From a virus (Duplodnaviria; Caudoviricetes): a DNA stretch of 64,000 nucleotides. The notes beneath the pieces were generated by a model. The model had not been told where the DNA came from and did no database searches. It was given only the letters and a program-made list of their open reading frames with translations. Within the stretch, counting starts at the first letter, position 1; the number at the start of each line of letters is the position of its first letter. The position numbers and the translations under genes were made by a program. Shown here in pieces: positions 19,990 through 30,608 of this stretch. Where the stretch lies: positions 1 through 64,000 of the IMG/VR virus record IMGVR_UViG_3300035520_000885; one strand, written 5' to 3'.

Positions 19990-20356
19990 CAGTCTCCTCC
20001 TTCCTCATATCAAATTGTTTCCAGTGTGCTAAAAAGTGATTTTTCTTATTTTCCCATTAGCTCTTTTTCTATAGTTAAAAAGACCATATGTATAAAAATG
20101 CTATGTGAATCATGTTCACAGTAGTAGTTCATTTATTTATACTGAAATTTGTCATAAATACCTAAGTATAGGTAAACTCTTAACTGTGGGAGAATTACGT
20201 CTATTTTTATTTCTATTAGAAAAAGAGATGATGACAGAAGATAAGAAAATTCCTGATGAGAAAGCGAGCGCTTTTCTCATTTTAACCACAAGAAGACATT
20301 AGATTAAATCTCTCTATGGCTAAAGAGTAATTTTTATTTTCGAGGAGGAGATTTCT

Positions 20357-23300
20357 TTGTTTGAAATTGTGAATTGGAATTATACGAATGAATCGTATAA
20401 GCAAGTTATTAAACGGGATGGTCGCAGTGTAGACTTCAATCCCGATAAAATTCGTATGGCTATCATTAAGGCTTTTAATGAGGTAGACCATACGGAAACT
20501 CCTTCTACGCGAGCAGCGAAGACCGCCTTCAATATCTCTAAGAAGATTTCTAAGAAGGCCAATAAGCGTTCTTATAGCGTGGAAGAAATCCAGGATATGG
20601 TTATCTATGCGCTGATGGCAACAACTCGTAAGGATGTCGCATTGGCGTATTCTAATTATAGACTTGGGCGTAAAGTAATCCGTGAAGTCCATGGTAACAC
20701 CACGGACAAAAGTATCATGGAGATCGTAGAAGGAAAGAGTGATTACTGGAATGGTGAAAATTCTAATAAGAATCCAAGACTAAATTCTACTATTCGTGAT
20801 TACATTGCGGGAGAGACTTCTAAAGATATCAGTCGACGTATCTTACTTCCACACGATATTATGGAAGGTCATGATGAAGGAATTCTTCACTTTCATGACT
20901 CCGACTATTATATCCAGAAGATAGCCAATTGTTCATTGATTAATCTCGAAGATATGCTGCAAAATGGCACAGTAATTAGTGAGGTTATGATTGAGAAACC
21001 ACATTCGTTCTCCACCGCTTGTAATATTGCAACCCAAATCATCGCACAGGTTGCAAGCTCTCAATATGGTGGACAGTCAATCTCTCTTGCGCATCTTGCT
21101 CCATTTGTCGATGTTTCAAGACAGTCGATTAGGAAAGATGTGATTTCTGAGAGAGAAAGAAATGGTGACGACCTTGATGAGTCAAAGATTGAAGCGACTG
21201 TACAAAGTAGACTTCAAAAAGAAGTTAGGAAGGGTATTCAATGTATTCAGTATCAGGTTACGACCCTAATGACAACTAATGGTCAGGCACCTTTCTTAAC
21301 TGTGTTCATGTACCTTGGGGAGGCTAAGAATGAACAAGAAAAGGAAGACCTTGCGATGCTTATTCGGGAGGTACTTGAGCAACGATACCAGGGTGTAAAG
21401 AATGATCAAGGCATATTCGTCAGTCCCTCTTTCCCGAAGTTGATTTATGTCACTGAGCCGGATAATATTTATGCTGGCTCCAAATATTTTGATTTGACTC
21501 TTTTGGCTCTGAAGTGCTCTGCTAAGAGAATAACTCCTGACTATATCTCTGAGAAGAAGATGAAGGAGAATAAAGAAGGAAACTGCTTCCCTGTGATGGG
21601 TTGTGTCACCGGTACTTCTGCGATTACTTATAAATATCGCGGGGTTATGTATATCGAAAACATGGAAGAAATGTGGGATAGACTCAGCCGTGATTTTGGA
21701 AAGATTGAGCAAGTTCCCGATAGTGGAAACTACTATATTGATATCGACCATACTCAGATTTACGATTCTGTGAAAGGTTTCGTAAATGTGAGCCGAATGG
21801 TTTGCAATCGTATGGAGTCTCCGAATACTTGGTACAATATCCGGTTGAAGAATGGTAAGATGATTACATGTACACATGACCATCCTCTCCCTGTAACTGG
21901 TAAGGGTCGGACGTATGCAGAGAATTTAGAGCTTGGAGATAAAATCCCGACTGCAAATATCCAGCCCGTAGAAGTCACTGAGAGTGTATCTGAGGAAGAT
22001 GCATATCAGTGGGGTTATTATATTGCAGAGAATGCCTGCAAGCTTGAGTATGATATTTCTCACATGAATCAGGTCTTTGACTTCTATGAGAAATATATGA
22101 GAAACGACATCCGTAAGAATGTCTATCACATCCCGTCCATCATTTTCAAGACTGATGTAAATACCAGACTTGCGTTCTTGGCTGGCATGATTGATGCATT
22201 CGGTACTATTGAGATTGACGAAGAGAATAATGTGAAGTTCTCTATCGACGTCTACAACCATACCACTTCGGATGAACTCATGATGCTTCTAACTTCTGTT
22301 GGAATTCCTTCCGGTCTCTCTGATGATAAGAATAAGTATCGGATTGATGGTACTCCGAAGTACTATTCTATCAATGCAGAAGTAACCAAGGAGCTCTATG
22401 AGAAGCTGGTAGTATCCAACACTCTTGGCGGAGAGTATAACTTTTATAAGGCTAATGCGTCTGAACTCACCACAGATAGTGAAATCATCTCCATTAAGAC
22501 CAGCACAGTTGGTGGATATTGGAGCTATGATGTTACCACAGAGTCTGATCATTTCGATGTTTCTGGCATTTATTCTCATAACTGCCGCTCTGCTCTGGCG
22601 CCCTGGAAGGATGAGAATGGAAACTACAAATTCTATGGCAGATTCAATCAGGGTGTGGTTACAATCAATCTTCCTGATATCGCTCTGTCTTCCGGGGGAG
22701 ATTTCAAGAAGTTCTGGGAAATCTTTGATGAGCGTACTGAGCTTTGTCACAAGGCGCTTCAGTATCGACACAAGAGACTGAAAGGAACATCTGTCGACGT
22801 CGCCCCTATCATGTGGAAATACGGAGCTCTTGCTAGACTAAAAGATGGTGATACCATTGATAGTTTACTCTATGGTGGCTATTCTTCCATTTCTCTTGGC
22901 TATGCAGGACTCTATGAATGTGTAAAATATATGACTGGCCATAGTCATGCTGACGAAGGACCTGGTACTGAATTTGGCTTGGAGGTTATGAAAGCTCTCA
23001 ATGCCAAATGTAATCAATGGAAAGAAGCCGAGAATATCGGTTACAGTTTATATGGAACTCCTATTGAATCTACGACTGAGAAATTTGCACTTGCCCTTCG
23101 TAGAAGATTTGGAGTAATCCCGGGAATTACTGATAAGGACTACATCACAAACTCTTATCACGTTCCGGTATTTGAGGAAGTTGACGCTTTCACAAAATTA
23201 AAGATTGAGTCAATCTTCCAAGACCTCAGCACTGGCGGTGCCGTTTCTTATATTGAAACTCCCGACATGCAAAACAACATTGATTCCATGTTGGAAGTCT

Positions 23301-25152
23301 TGCAGTACATGTACGAAAACATCATGTATGCAGAATTCAATACTAAAAGCGACTATTGCAAATGCTGTGGTTATGACGGTGAAATTCAACTGGTTACGGA
23401 TCCGGACACTGGAAAGTATATCTGGAAGTGTCCTAAGTGTGGAAACACAGATCCGAAACAGATGAACGTCACACGCCGCACTTGTGGTGAAGCCCTGTAC
23501 CTATAGCCACAATGCAAAACGATAGAAATTCAAGGAAACCCCGTTCCTGTGCCCAGGCACAAGACAGGCAATCTTGAGCTAAGTTCTCGTATTTATTCAA
23601 TTTGCAAAAAATGAGGTAAAATTGTATGAGTAAAGATTGGAAATGTGATTTTTGTGGAAGACCGTTAACACGACAGATAAAAGCTTATGGACATATATAT
23701 TGTCCAAAGCACTATAGGCAATTCAAAAAATATGGAAAAGTGCTAGATAATAATCCACGTACTATATATGACAAAAATGAGATTCATGTGAAAGGAAAAA
23801 TCGCTTTTGTAGATTTATACAATAAGAATTGTGAAGTCATAGCACAAGCGATAATTGATACAGAGGATATCCCTAAGATCAAATATACAAAGTGGAAACT
23901 TTCTGGAAGTGGATATGCAATGAATACGCCAAAATTCAAGGGTGGTTCTAAACACATGTCCAGAGTCATTCTGGGAGTCGACACGTTTGTAGATCATATT
24001 AACCATAATACATTGGATAATAGGAAAAAGAATCTTAGAGTTGTATCAAAATCCCAGAATCAAATGAATGTCAACTATAGAGGCGTGGATAATAGAGGAG
24101 ACGGTAGATGGATTGCTCGAATAAAGAAAAATGGAAAAATGGTCTATCTTGGAACTTATGTATTTGAGGAAGAAGCTTATTTTGCTAGATGGTATGCAGA
24201 GAAGCTTGTCTTTAAACAATACAGATTTCCGAAACCAAAACCTGTCATTCTTCCAGATAGAGAAAAAATGATAAAGAAATACGTACGAGAAAAAGTGCAA
24301 CGACTATAATTATCGGCGATGCTCAACCAAATTAATGGAGAGATCGTAAGGAATAGTCTACTCCCCGAGGGAAACCTCAACTGACCTAGAAATATCTCGA
24401 AAGAGAGGGTAATAAGGTACATTGGTACGGCGTCCAATGGATGGAACCAAGGAAGACTTGGTGATATTCATGATAGAGTCCTTCACATTTGTGATAAGGA
24501 TTCGGACATCTATAATAACGGAGAAGAGATTATCGACCCCGTCGTAAAAACTACTATGTTTGATTATACTCCTGATGACTATAAAATGCTTTCTACTACT
24601 AAGAAGAAAAATGCTATGCGGTATTCTTCTTTACGCGGTATGGATGTATCTAATGGTACTGGAGTTGGAGTCGCTCTGTTTACTCAGGGTTGTCGGTTCC
24701 ATTGTCCTAAGTGCTTCAATCAGAATCTTTGGGACTTTGAGGGCGGGCATTCCTGGGAAGCTCGGAATGATGTTCAGGTTCTGAATATGTTAGCAGACTC
24801 TCATGTGCAACGATTCTCTATCCTGGGTGGTGAGCCTCTGGAGCCTGAGAATCTGGAGAATCTGTATACTTTGATTCAGAAAATCAAATCTGTACATCCT
24901 CATATTAAGATTTGGCTGTATACTGGAAATACAACGGAGAAGATTTTCGATCCTAAGAATGAAGTGAGTCGTGAGAATACACTTCGTAAGTGGATCTGGA
25001 GAACTGTCGATATCGTTGTGGATGGACAGTATATTGATGCACAGCGCGATCCTAGTTTGGATTATCGTGGAAGTGCAAATCAACGCATCATTGATGTAAA
25101 GAAATCTATCGAGAGTGGTCATATTATCACGATTGATTCTTTTCGTATGTAA
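20357..25152 (+). CDS. nrdD: Class III ribonucleotide reductase, spliced and fused in frame to its activase: join(20357..23488,24418..25152), with an intein
   Basis: ATP cone 'VIKRDG...FNPDKI', 'NCSL', 'YGGQS', MG/CRS thiyl Cys, CxxC...CxxC. RRTCG|YIG is restored by splicing, and there is no stop between exon 2 and the NrdG domain. Confidence 0.85.
21602..22582 (+). mobile_element. Intein (327 aa) with LAGLIDADG-like endonuclease remnant
   Basis: Starts CVTGTS, block B 'TCTHDHP', 'FLAGMIDAFG', ends 'YDVTT...SGIYSHN' followed by Cys. Removal restores 'PVMG-CRS'. Confidence 0.92.
23489..24417 (+). mobile_element. Group I intron in nrdD
   Basis: 5' exon UGUGGU pairs with IGS GCCACA (U-G at the splice site). 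'uguac' can pair across the 3' splice site (g|uaca). Core 'aatcttgagctaag', 'caacgactata', 'gaatagtcta'; ends in G. Confidence 0.9.
23626..24309 (+). CDS. Intron-encoded HNH homing endonuclease with AP2-like domain
   Basis: 'VDHINHNTLDNRKKNLR' HNH motif and 'RWIARI...YLGTY..EEEA' AP2-like segment. Confidence 0.88.
   Translation: MSKDWKCDFCGRPLTRQIKAYGHIYCPKHYRQFKKYGKVLDNNPRTIYDKNEIHVKGKIAFVDLYNKNCEVIAQAIIDTEDIPKIKYTKWKLSGSGYAMNTPKFKGGSKHMSRVILGVDTFVDHINHNTLDNRKKNLRVVSKSQNQMNVNYRGVDNRGDGRWIARIKKNGKMVYLGTYVFEEEAYFARWYAEKLVFKQYRFPKPKPVILPDREKMIKKYVREKVQRL
24556..25152 (+). CDS. nrdG: Anaerobic RNR activating enzyme domain (radical SAM); C-terminal part of the spliced fusion
   Basis: 'NGTGVGVALFTQGCRFHCPKCFN' CxxxCxxC, 'LGGEP', 'DG.Y' and 'RGSANQR'. 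Confidence 0.9.
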   Translation: MFDYTPDDYKMLSTTKKKNAMRYSSLRGMDVSNGTGVGVALFTQGCRFHCPKCFNQNLWDFEGGHSWEARNDVQVLNMLADSHVQRFSILGGEPLEPENLENLYTLIQKIKSVHPHIKIWLYTGNTTEKIFDPKNEVSRENTLRKWIWRTVDIVVDGQYIDAQRDPSLDYRGSANQRIIDVKKSIESGHIITIDSFRM

Positions 25153-25177
25153 ATAACGGAAAGGCGGTAAACTACAA

Positions 25178-25390
25178 ATGCCCATCGTAGACTTTTGTTG
25201 TCATGCAACACTGTATGATGATTTGAATACCGGAAAATTCTATGCAAGACTTGGGAATTTCTCCAGAGCGACCACACAGTATGACACTCTAGACGAATTG
25301 AAATCTGCACTGAGAAGTGGAAAGTTTGAATACGATCCAAAATCACGTGGAGTTTCACTTTCACAATCTAGATTGCGTTACACAGATTAA
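25178..25390 (+). CDS. Hypothetical protein
   Basis: 70-aa ORF with AAGGCGG RBS, followed by a terminator at about 25403-25440. Confidence 0.5.
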   Translation: MPIVDFCCHATLYDDLNTGKFYARLGNFSRATTQYDTLDELKSALRSGKFEYDPKSRGVSLSQSRLRYTD

Positions 25391-25491
25391 TTTCTGTATA
25401 AGAGAAGAGAGAACTCTATTCTGAGTTCTCTCTTCTTTTTAATTAGAATACAAGATACAAAGTAATAATCTTTTATAAGGAGGATTATCTT

Positions 25492-26436
25492 ATGGAATTG
25501 CAAAAAATCGCAAAATTTGAACGGGTGAGCGAGAAGCTGTATAACCAGTTTGTGAAAGAGGCTGAGAACTCCACTGCACTGGTGAAGTACGGTGAGATTC
25601 AGCTTCCCCAGAGAGCTACCGAGGGGTCTGCTGGGTATGACTTTATCTGCACCGATTTCGTGGCTCTGAAGCCCAATGAGAGCGCTATCATTAATACCTT
25701 CGTAAAGGTATATATGGAACCCGGTTGGGCTCTGACTATCATTCCTCGCTCTGGCCTTGGTTTCAAGTATTTCGTGCGTCTGGCCAATACGATTGGTCTC
25801 ATTGATACGGACTACTATAACAATGAGAGCAACGAAGGTTGCATCATGGTTAAGATTCGTAATGAGGGTGAGAAGACTATGGTGCTGGAACCCGGTGATC
25901 GTTTCTGCCAGGGTATGCTGGTTCCGTATGGAATTACCTATGACGACGACGCCCATCAGAAGATGATTCGGGAAGGCGGCACTGGTTCTACTGGTACGAC
26001 TACTGAAATCCATGATAATAGCAAGGAGGATAGCAAAATGAGTGATACCGCTGCTAGTGGTGGGGTAAAGTCTCCTAACATAAAAAAGGTGAAAGTCTTT
26101 ATCTCCCAGCCGATGAATGGCAAGGAAAATGTGGAGATTAAGAAGGAGCGTCGGAATATTTTGGACAAGGCTGTCATTCCGAATCTGTATAGTTTCGTGA
26201 CTGACCACCACGACTACGATGCCATCGCTCTGGATGCTGCCGATACCATTTTTGATTTGGAAGATGGGACTCATGCCTTGGTCTATCTGGGTAAGTCTCT
26301 GGTGGAGATGGCTGACTGTGTCATGTGCTTCTTCCCGAAGAATTATGCAGACTATCGCGGTTGCAATATTGAGCACACCTGTGCTATTGCATATGATATG
26401 CCCATTATGTACTACGAGCCCGAGCTTCTGGGCTAA
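25492..26436 (+). CDS. dut: Trimeric dUTPase fused to a C-terminal NDT/DUF4406-like domain
   Basis: dUTPase motifs 'AGYD', 'PRSG', 'GLIDTDY', 'GDRFCQG', 'REGGTGSTG'; then 'KVFISQPMNG...RGCNIEH..A..Y.MPI'. Confidence 0.85.
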   Translation: MELQKIAKFERVSEKLYNQFVKEAENSTALVKYGEIQLPQRATEGSAGYDFICTDFVALKPNESAIINTFVKVYMEPGWALTIIPRSGLGFKYFVRLANTIGLIDTDYYNNESNEGCIMVKIRNEGEKTMVLEPGDRFCQGMLVPYGITYDDDAHQKMIREGGTGSTGTTTEIHDNSKEDSKMSDTAASGGVKSPNIKKVKVFISQPMNGKENVEIKKERRNILDKAVIPNLYSFVTDHHDYDAIALDAADTIFDLEDGTHALVYLGKSLVEMADCVMCFFPKNYADYRGCNIEHTCAIAYDMPIMYYEPELLG

Positions 26437-26483
26437 AGAAAAGAGAGTATCTGGAATTTCCAGATACTCTCTTTATTAACCGA

Positions 26484-27365
26484 TTAATCTTCGGCAGGAG
26501 TCTCAGGCTCCTCAGCCTTTTTACTCTTCCGCACTTCACCAATTGCACGGACGATAGTATTCAGCTTATTGCTGATAGAGTTTTTCAAAACTCGCATAGC
26601 AGGAGTGAGGCGGTTATTCAGATTGCTGACAGAGGAACGGATACCGCTCAACATATTTGACGCCGCTTGAGACGGATTGTCTTTAATCTGTTCGCACACC
26701 TCTTCGGCCTGTTTTTGACACGCCTCAACAGCATCCTGCCAAGCTTTTACATAAAGCTCGTTGATGGCATCGACATTAGCAAGTTCTTTCTGAGTCATGG
26801 TATACGCAGCGTTCAAAGAAATATCAATGTCGTATTGTGTGACGTCGTCCAACTTCAGATCCTTCCATGCTTTGTCATTTGCCTCAAAATACTTCTGCTG
26901 ATACAGATCGAACTCCTCAGCACTGGTATACTTTTTTGTATACAGAGCTCTAGTGTTCTTCAGAACAGTTGAAATGTACTTATCGTACGCTTTCATGTAT
27001 TTAATGGTGTCCAGAATCTTCACGGTTTTACCATTAAACTCAGCATGGGATTTGGCCAGAGTCTTCTCAACTTCCTTCAGAGCCTTCTTCACAGTCGCAT
27101 CTCTCTTATAAGCAGCGATAGACTCCTTAACGGAAGCCGCCAGAGATTTAATCTTCTCGATAATCTTGGCGAAGAATTTCTTGATTTTATCCAGCATATC
27201 AGAAACAGCCTCAGTATAGATACTGGAGCTCTCCATGACATGGCCGGCAGCATTTAAACCATCCAGTTTGGCACTAATGATACCAAACATGGAATTGGCA
27301 TATTCGAACATGTTCTCAGCTTCAGCGCAGCCAAGTTCGAACTGCCGAAAAGCAATTTCATTCAT
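26484..27365 (-). CDS. Putative internal head protein (paralog family)
   Basis: Shares '..EAV......IKKFF..I...I' and 'D..KY..AY.KYI' with its neighbours. Confidence 0.5.
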   Translation of the reverse strand: MNEIAFRQFELGCAEAENMFEYANSMFGIISAKLDGLNAAGHVMESSSIYTEAVSDMLDKIKKFFAKIIEKIKSLAASVKESIAAYKRDATVKKALKEVEKTLAKSHAEFNGKTVKILDTIKYMKAYDKYISTVLKNTRALYTKKYTSAEEFDLYQQKYFEANDKAWKDLKLDDVTQYDIDISLNAAYTMTQKELANVDAINELYVKAWQDAVEACQKQAEEVCEQIKDNPSQAASNMLSGIRSSVSNLNNRLTPAMRVLKNSISNKLNTIVRAIGEVRKSKKAEEPETPAED

Positions 27366-27390
27366 GGTCTTAACCAACCTTTCTTGTTTT

Positions 27391-28215
27391 TCACATCGCA
27401 ATTAAGAGTACAATCAATGCGGTAATACACTCAAATGGATGTCTAGTGATAATTCGGACAACGGTCTTAATTGCTTGAGCAATCTTATTGCAAACCATAG
27501 CAAGGAAAGAGTTTTGCATCTTGAAGATTCTAAACCCATCCTTAGAGATATTTACCTGAGAGTGCTCAAGGTCAATTTGCTTGTAATGTCTCTCTAAATC
27601 CTTTAGAGCACGAGTTCCATCTTCTTCAACCATCTTGAGATTCTTCTCTCGATTCATAGCTTCCTTTTCAGTCAGCTCAACTGCTCCATTGATGGTAATA
27701 GATAATTTCCACTGCTCTTCATCAGAAAGCTTAAAGTTGAAATCGGATAGCTTGTTTAGCATACTAACACGCCATCTCTCATACTCATCGACATTCTTAA
27801 AGTTCTTATTCAATCCCTTCTTGAGTTCAGCAGTATAGCGATTGATAAAATCCGTATAATACGCTTTATACTTCTGAATATCAAAATAAGAATACTTGGT
27901 GCCGAGAATCTTGGCTTTTTTCTTAGCCATTAAATCCTTCAGTTCCTCAAGTTTCTTATTCAGCTTAAACTGCTCAACCTTGATAGAGAGTTGAACTCGA
28001 ATCTTCTGGAAGAACTCCTTCAGAGACTCCAGAATCTTCTTGATAACTCCAGATATTTTTTCTTTGAAGTCATCCAATGTCATTTCGTAAAATAAAGAGT
28101 TTGCATCTGGGTGAGACGCAAATTCAATAATGGCCGTGTCGATAGCTTTACAAAAACTATTCTCACACTCTAAAAGATTAATATCAAGAGTCTTTTCTTC
28201 AATTAGAAAATCCAT
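27391..28215 (-). CDS. Putative internal head protein (paralog family)
   Basis: Same repeated architecture as the neighbouring ORFs. Confidence 0.5.
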   Translation of the reverse strand: MDFLIEEKTLDINLLECENSFCKAIDTAIIEFASHPDANSLFYEMTLDDFKEKISGVIKKILESLKEFFQKIRVQLSIKVEQFKLNKKLEELKDLMAKKKAKILGTKYSYFDIQKYKAYYTDFINRYTAELKKGLNKNFKNVDEYERWRVSMLNKLSDFNFKLSDEEQWKLSITINGAVELTEKEAMNREKNLKMVEEDGTRALKDLERHYKQIDLEHSQVNISKDGFRIFKMQNSFLAMVCNKIAQAIKTVVRIITRHPFECITALIVLLIAM

Positions 28216-28229
28216 CCAGATATCACTCC

Positions 28230-29057
28230 TTAATCATGCTCTGTAGCAGTAGCAATCATGTCTCCGATGGCAGCAATCTTTTCGTCGATAGATCTCTTTG
28301 TCTTGCGCAGAGCACCTCTACACAAGAAGCACAGAGCATTTGCACGGACACGCATGTCTCCGATGATGGTCTGATTGTCTGTATGAGAAGCAAGATTCGC
28401 CATCTCCTTCACGGAATTCTCCCATTCATTCTGGTAAGCTTTCACGATGGAGTTGATGGAATTGACCTCATTCTCAGTATAGACTAAAAGAACCTCGACG
28501 TTATCATCTAGAGTCCATCTTTCATCATTGGCTAAGCCCAGTTCCTTTGCTTTGGCTTCGCAGCGAGCATCAGACGCAGCCAGAGCAGACTTATAATCCG
28601 CAGAGGTCTTATACTCCTTGGAATACAGCTTACGGTGGTCTTCAATAAAGAAATTGATGTACTTGTTATACGCACGGATATATCCGATGGTATCGAAGTA
28701 ACTAATCTTTCCCTTTCTCGCAAGACTCTTGTTGTCCGCCATAGCTTTCTTGTAATTCTTCAGCTTCGCATGAACCTCACGGTTCTTGATGTTCTCAGAA
28801 ATAGAATCCATGGTCTCACTAATCAGTTTCCTGATGTTCTCCATCAGATTCGCAAAGAACTTCTTAACAGCAGCAGCAAAATCGGATACCGCCTCGCCAT
28901 AAATATCCTCCTCAGACTCAGACTCGGTAAAATATCCACGATTATGCAGCGTGGTTAATTCTGCAATATTGATTTCAAGTTTGCGTTGTGCAGACTCAAA
29001 CATGAGATTATTTTCATCACATGCGAGGTCAAATTGCGAAATTAAAATATCTTCCAT
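28230..29057 (-). CDS. Putative internal head protein (paralog family)
   Basis: 'YGEAVSDFAAAVKKFF' and 'FDTIGYIRAYNKYI'. Confidence 0.5.
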   Translation of the reverse strand: MEDILISQFDLACDENNLMFESAQRKLEINIAELTTLHNRGYFTESESEEDIYGEAVSDFAAAVKKFFANLMENIRKLISETMDSISENIKNREVHAKLKNYKKAMADNKSLARKGKISYFDTIGYIRAYNKYINFFIEDHRKLYSKEYKTSADYKSALAASDARCEAKAKELGLANDERWTLDDNVEVLLVYTENEVNSINSIVKAYQNEWENSVKEMANLASHTDNQTIIGDMRVRANALCFLCRGALRKTKRSIDEKIAAIGDMIATATEHD

Positions 29058-29208
29058 GAAATTTCACAACCTCTCTTTCATTTTAAGTTTTGAAAAAATC
29101 GTCTCGATTTATAATAATGTCATTTAATTAAACCTGTAAACACAGGCAATAATAAGGCTAGTCAAAAACAATCCTTTAATGATCTATATATTGAAAGGGG
29201 AAATCGCT

Positions 29209-30180
29209 ATGGATTTTTTCAATTATATTGATAAAACCTGTGAACTTCAGATTAGCGAAGCGACGCATGAAGCGACTATCTGCTACGATAAAGCGATGAT
29301 TGACTTAAAGACTCTTTGTATCAATCGCACATTCATGGAATCCGTTGATGAATATACGGTGGATGCTGTATATGAGACAACCGTGAAAGACCTGGCCGAG
29401 AAAGTCAAGAAAACCATTAATGACATCATCAAGTCTATTAAGGGTTTGATCGATAAAGCGAAGCAGAAACTCTTTGGTAAGACTGAGGATAAAAATGCTG
29501 TTGCTGCCAGTGCTGAACTTGTCAAGAATATCAAGTCTGTTCCGAATGCAGATTTGAAAGTTGATGTGTACAGCTCTGAGGAGTACAAAAAAATTCTTAA
29601 TGACTATCTGAGAGAGATGCTTGCTCTGGAGAGAAAGCTCCAGAGAGTAAAGCAGGTTGAGAGATTCGGCGGTAAAAAAGGAAACGTTGGTACTATCGAG
29701 TGTCAGGAGATTTTCAGAGAGATGGATAAGCTGAATGAGAAATTCGATAAAGAATTCCTTGACGCCAATGAGAAAACCATCCAGATGGCAAAGCGAGATG
29801 CCATTCGATTCAATGATAAGCAGTTGAAAACTGTGAAAGTTGATTTCGATGCTCTGCAAGCTGACTCTGAGAAAATCCTTGAGGCATTTAAGAAAGATGC
29901 TGATGGATGTGAAGTTCCTGAGAAATTGAATCTCTTCCAGAAGATGAGTTCTAGTGTTGCCACTGCTACCCGGAAAGTAACTACCAAGATGAGTCAGAAT
30001 TATTCCAAGACTCTGTCTTCTGTTCTTATCTTTGCAGCAGCTGGTGCAGCCATTCATAATCCTATTCTTCGCGAAAAGGGTAAAGAGTTTGGTAAGAAAG
30101 CCGTTACTAAGATTCAATCTGCGAATGCTGATTTGCGGGCTGAGAATGAACGTCTGATGAATGACCTGAAAAACGGTTAA
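29209..30180 (+). CDS. Putative internal head protein (divergent paralog)
   Basis: Similar N-terminal acidic segment and amphipathic helix; late promoter AACAATCCTTTA at 29167-29178. Confidence 0.45.
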   Translation: MDFFNYIDKTCELQISEATHEATICYDKAMIDLKTLCINRTFMESVDEYTVDAVYETTVKDLAEKVKKTINDIIKSIKGLIDKAKQKLFGKTEDKNAVAASAELVKNIKSVPNADLKVDVYSSEEYKKILNDYLREMLALERKLQRVKQVERFGGKKGNVGTIECQEIFREMDKLNEKFDKEFLDANEKTIQMAKRDAIRFNDKQLKTVKVDFDALQADSEKILEAFKKDADGCEVPEKLNLFQKMSSSVATATRKVTTKMSQNYSKTLSSVLIFAAAGAAIHNPILREKGKEFGKKAVTKIQSANADLRAENERLMNDLKNG

Positions 30181-30223
30181 AAAAGAAGGAATACCTTTCA
30201 TAAGGTATTCCTTCTTTCTTTCC

Positions 30224-30607
30224 CTACTTGAGAGGGAATAATGCGTGATTCTGTGAGATAGATGTCAAAATTGTTATAATGAATTTAATGCCAAACAAAA
30301 TTGCCTTTCCCACAATATATAAAAACCATGCATAGAATGTGACGAAGATGGATACCACAATTGTCGTGATAATGGTAACCAATCGAATTTCGAATTCATT
30401 GTACTTATTACCATATTCGTTCATCACACTCTTACTGATACGTTTAAACGTCAGTATCATAGAGCCTAAAAATATGCATAGATAAACCATGGATATATCT
30501 CCTCCAGCTGAAATAAAACTCGTAAATACAAATCCAGTATTTTTAAGAGCTGTTCGTATCCAGAGTTCAACTACTTGTATCAGTAGTAGTGAATTTAATA
30601 ACCACAT
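30224..30607 (-). CDS. Small membrane protein
   Basis: Several hydrophobic segments. Confidence 0.45.
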   Translation of the reverse strand: MWLLNSLLLIQVVELWIRTALKNTGFVFTSFISAGGDISMVYLCIFLGSMILTFKRISKSVMNEYGNKYNEFEIRLVTIITTIVVSIFVTFYAWFLYIVGKAILFGIKFIITILTSISQNHALFPLK

Positions 30608-30608
30608 C

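Noticed and set aside
25387-26376. 329-aa antisense ORF
   Set aside because: Overlaps the dUTPase gene on the opposite strand; a codon-bias shadow.
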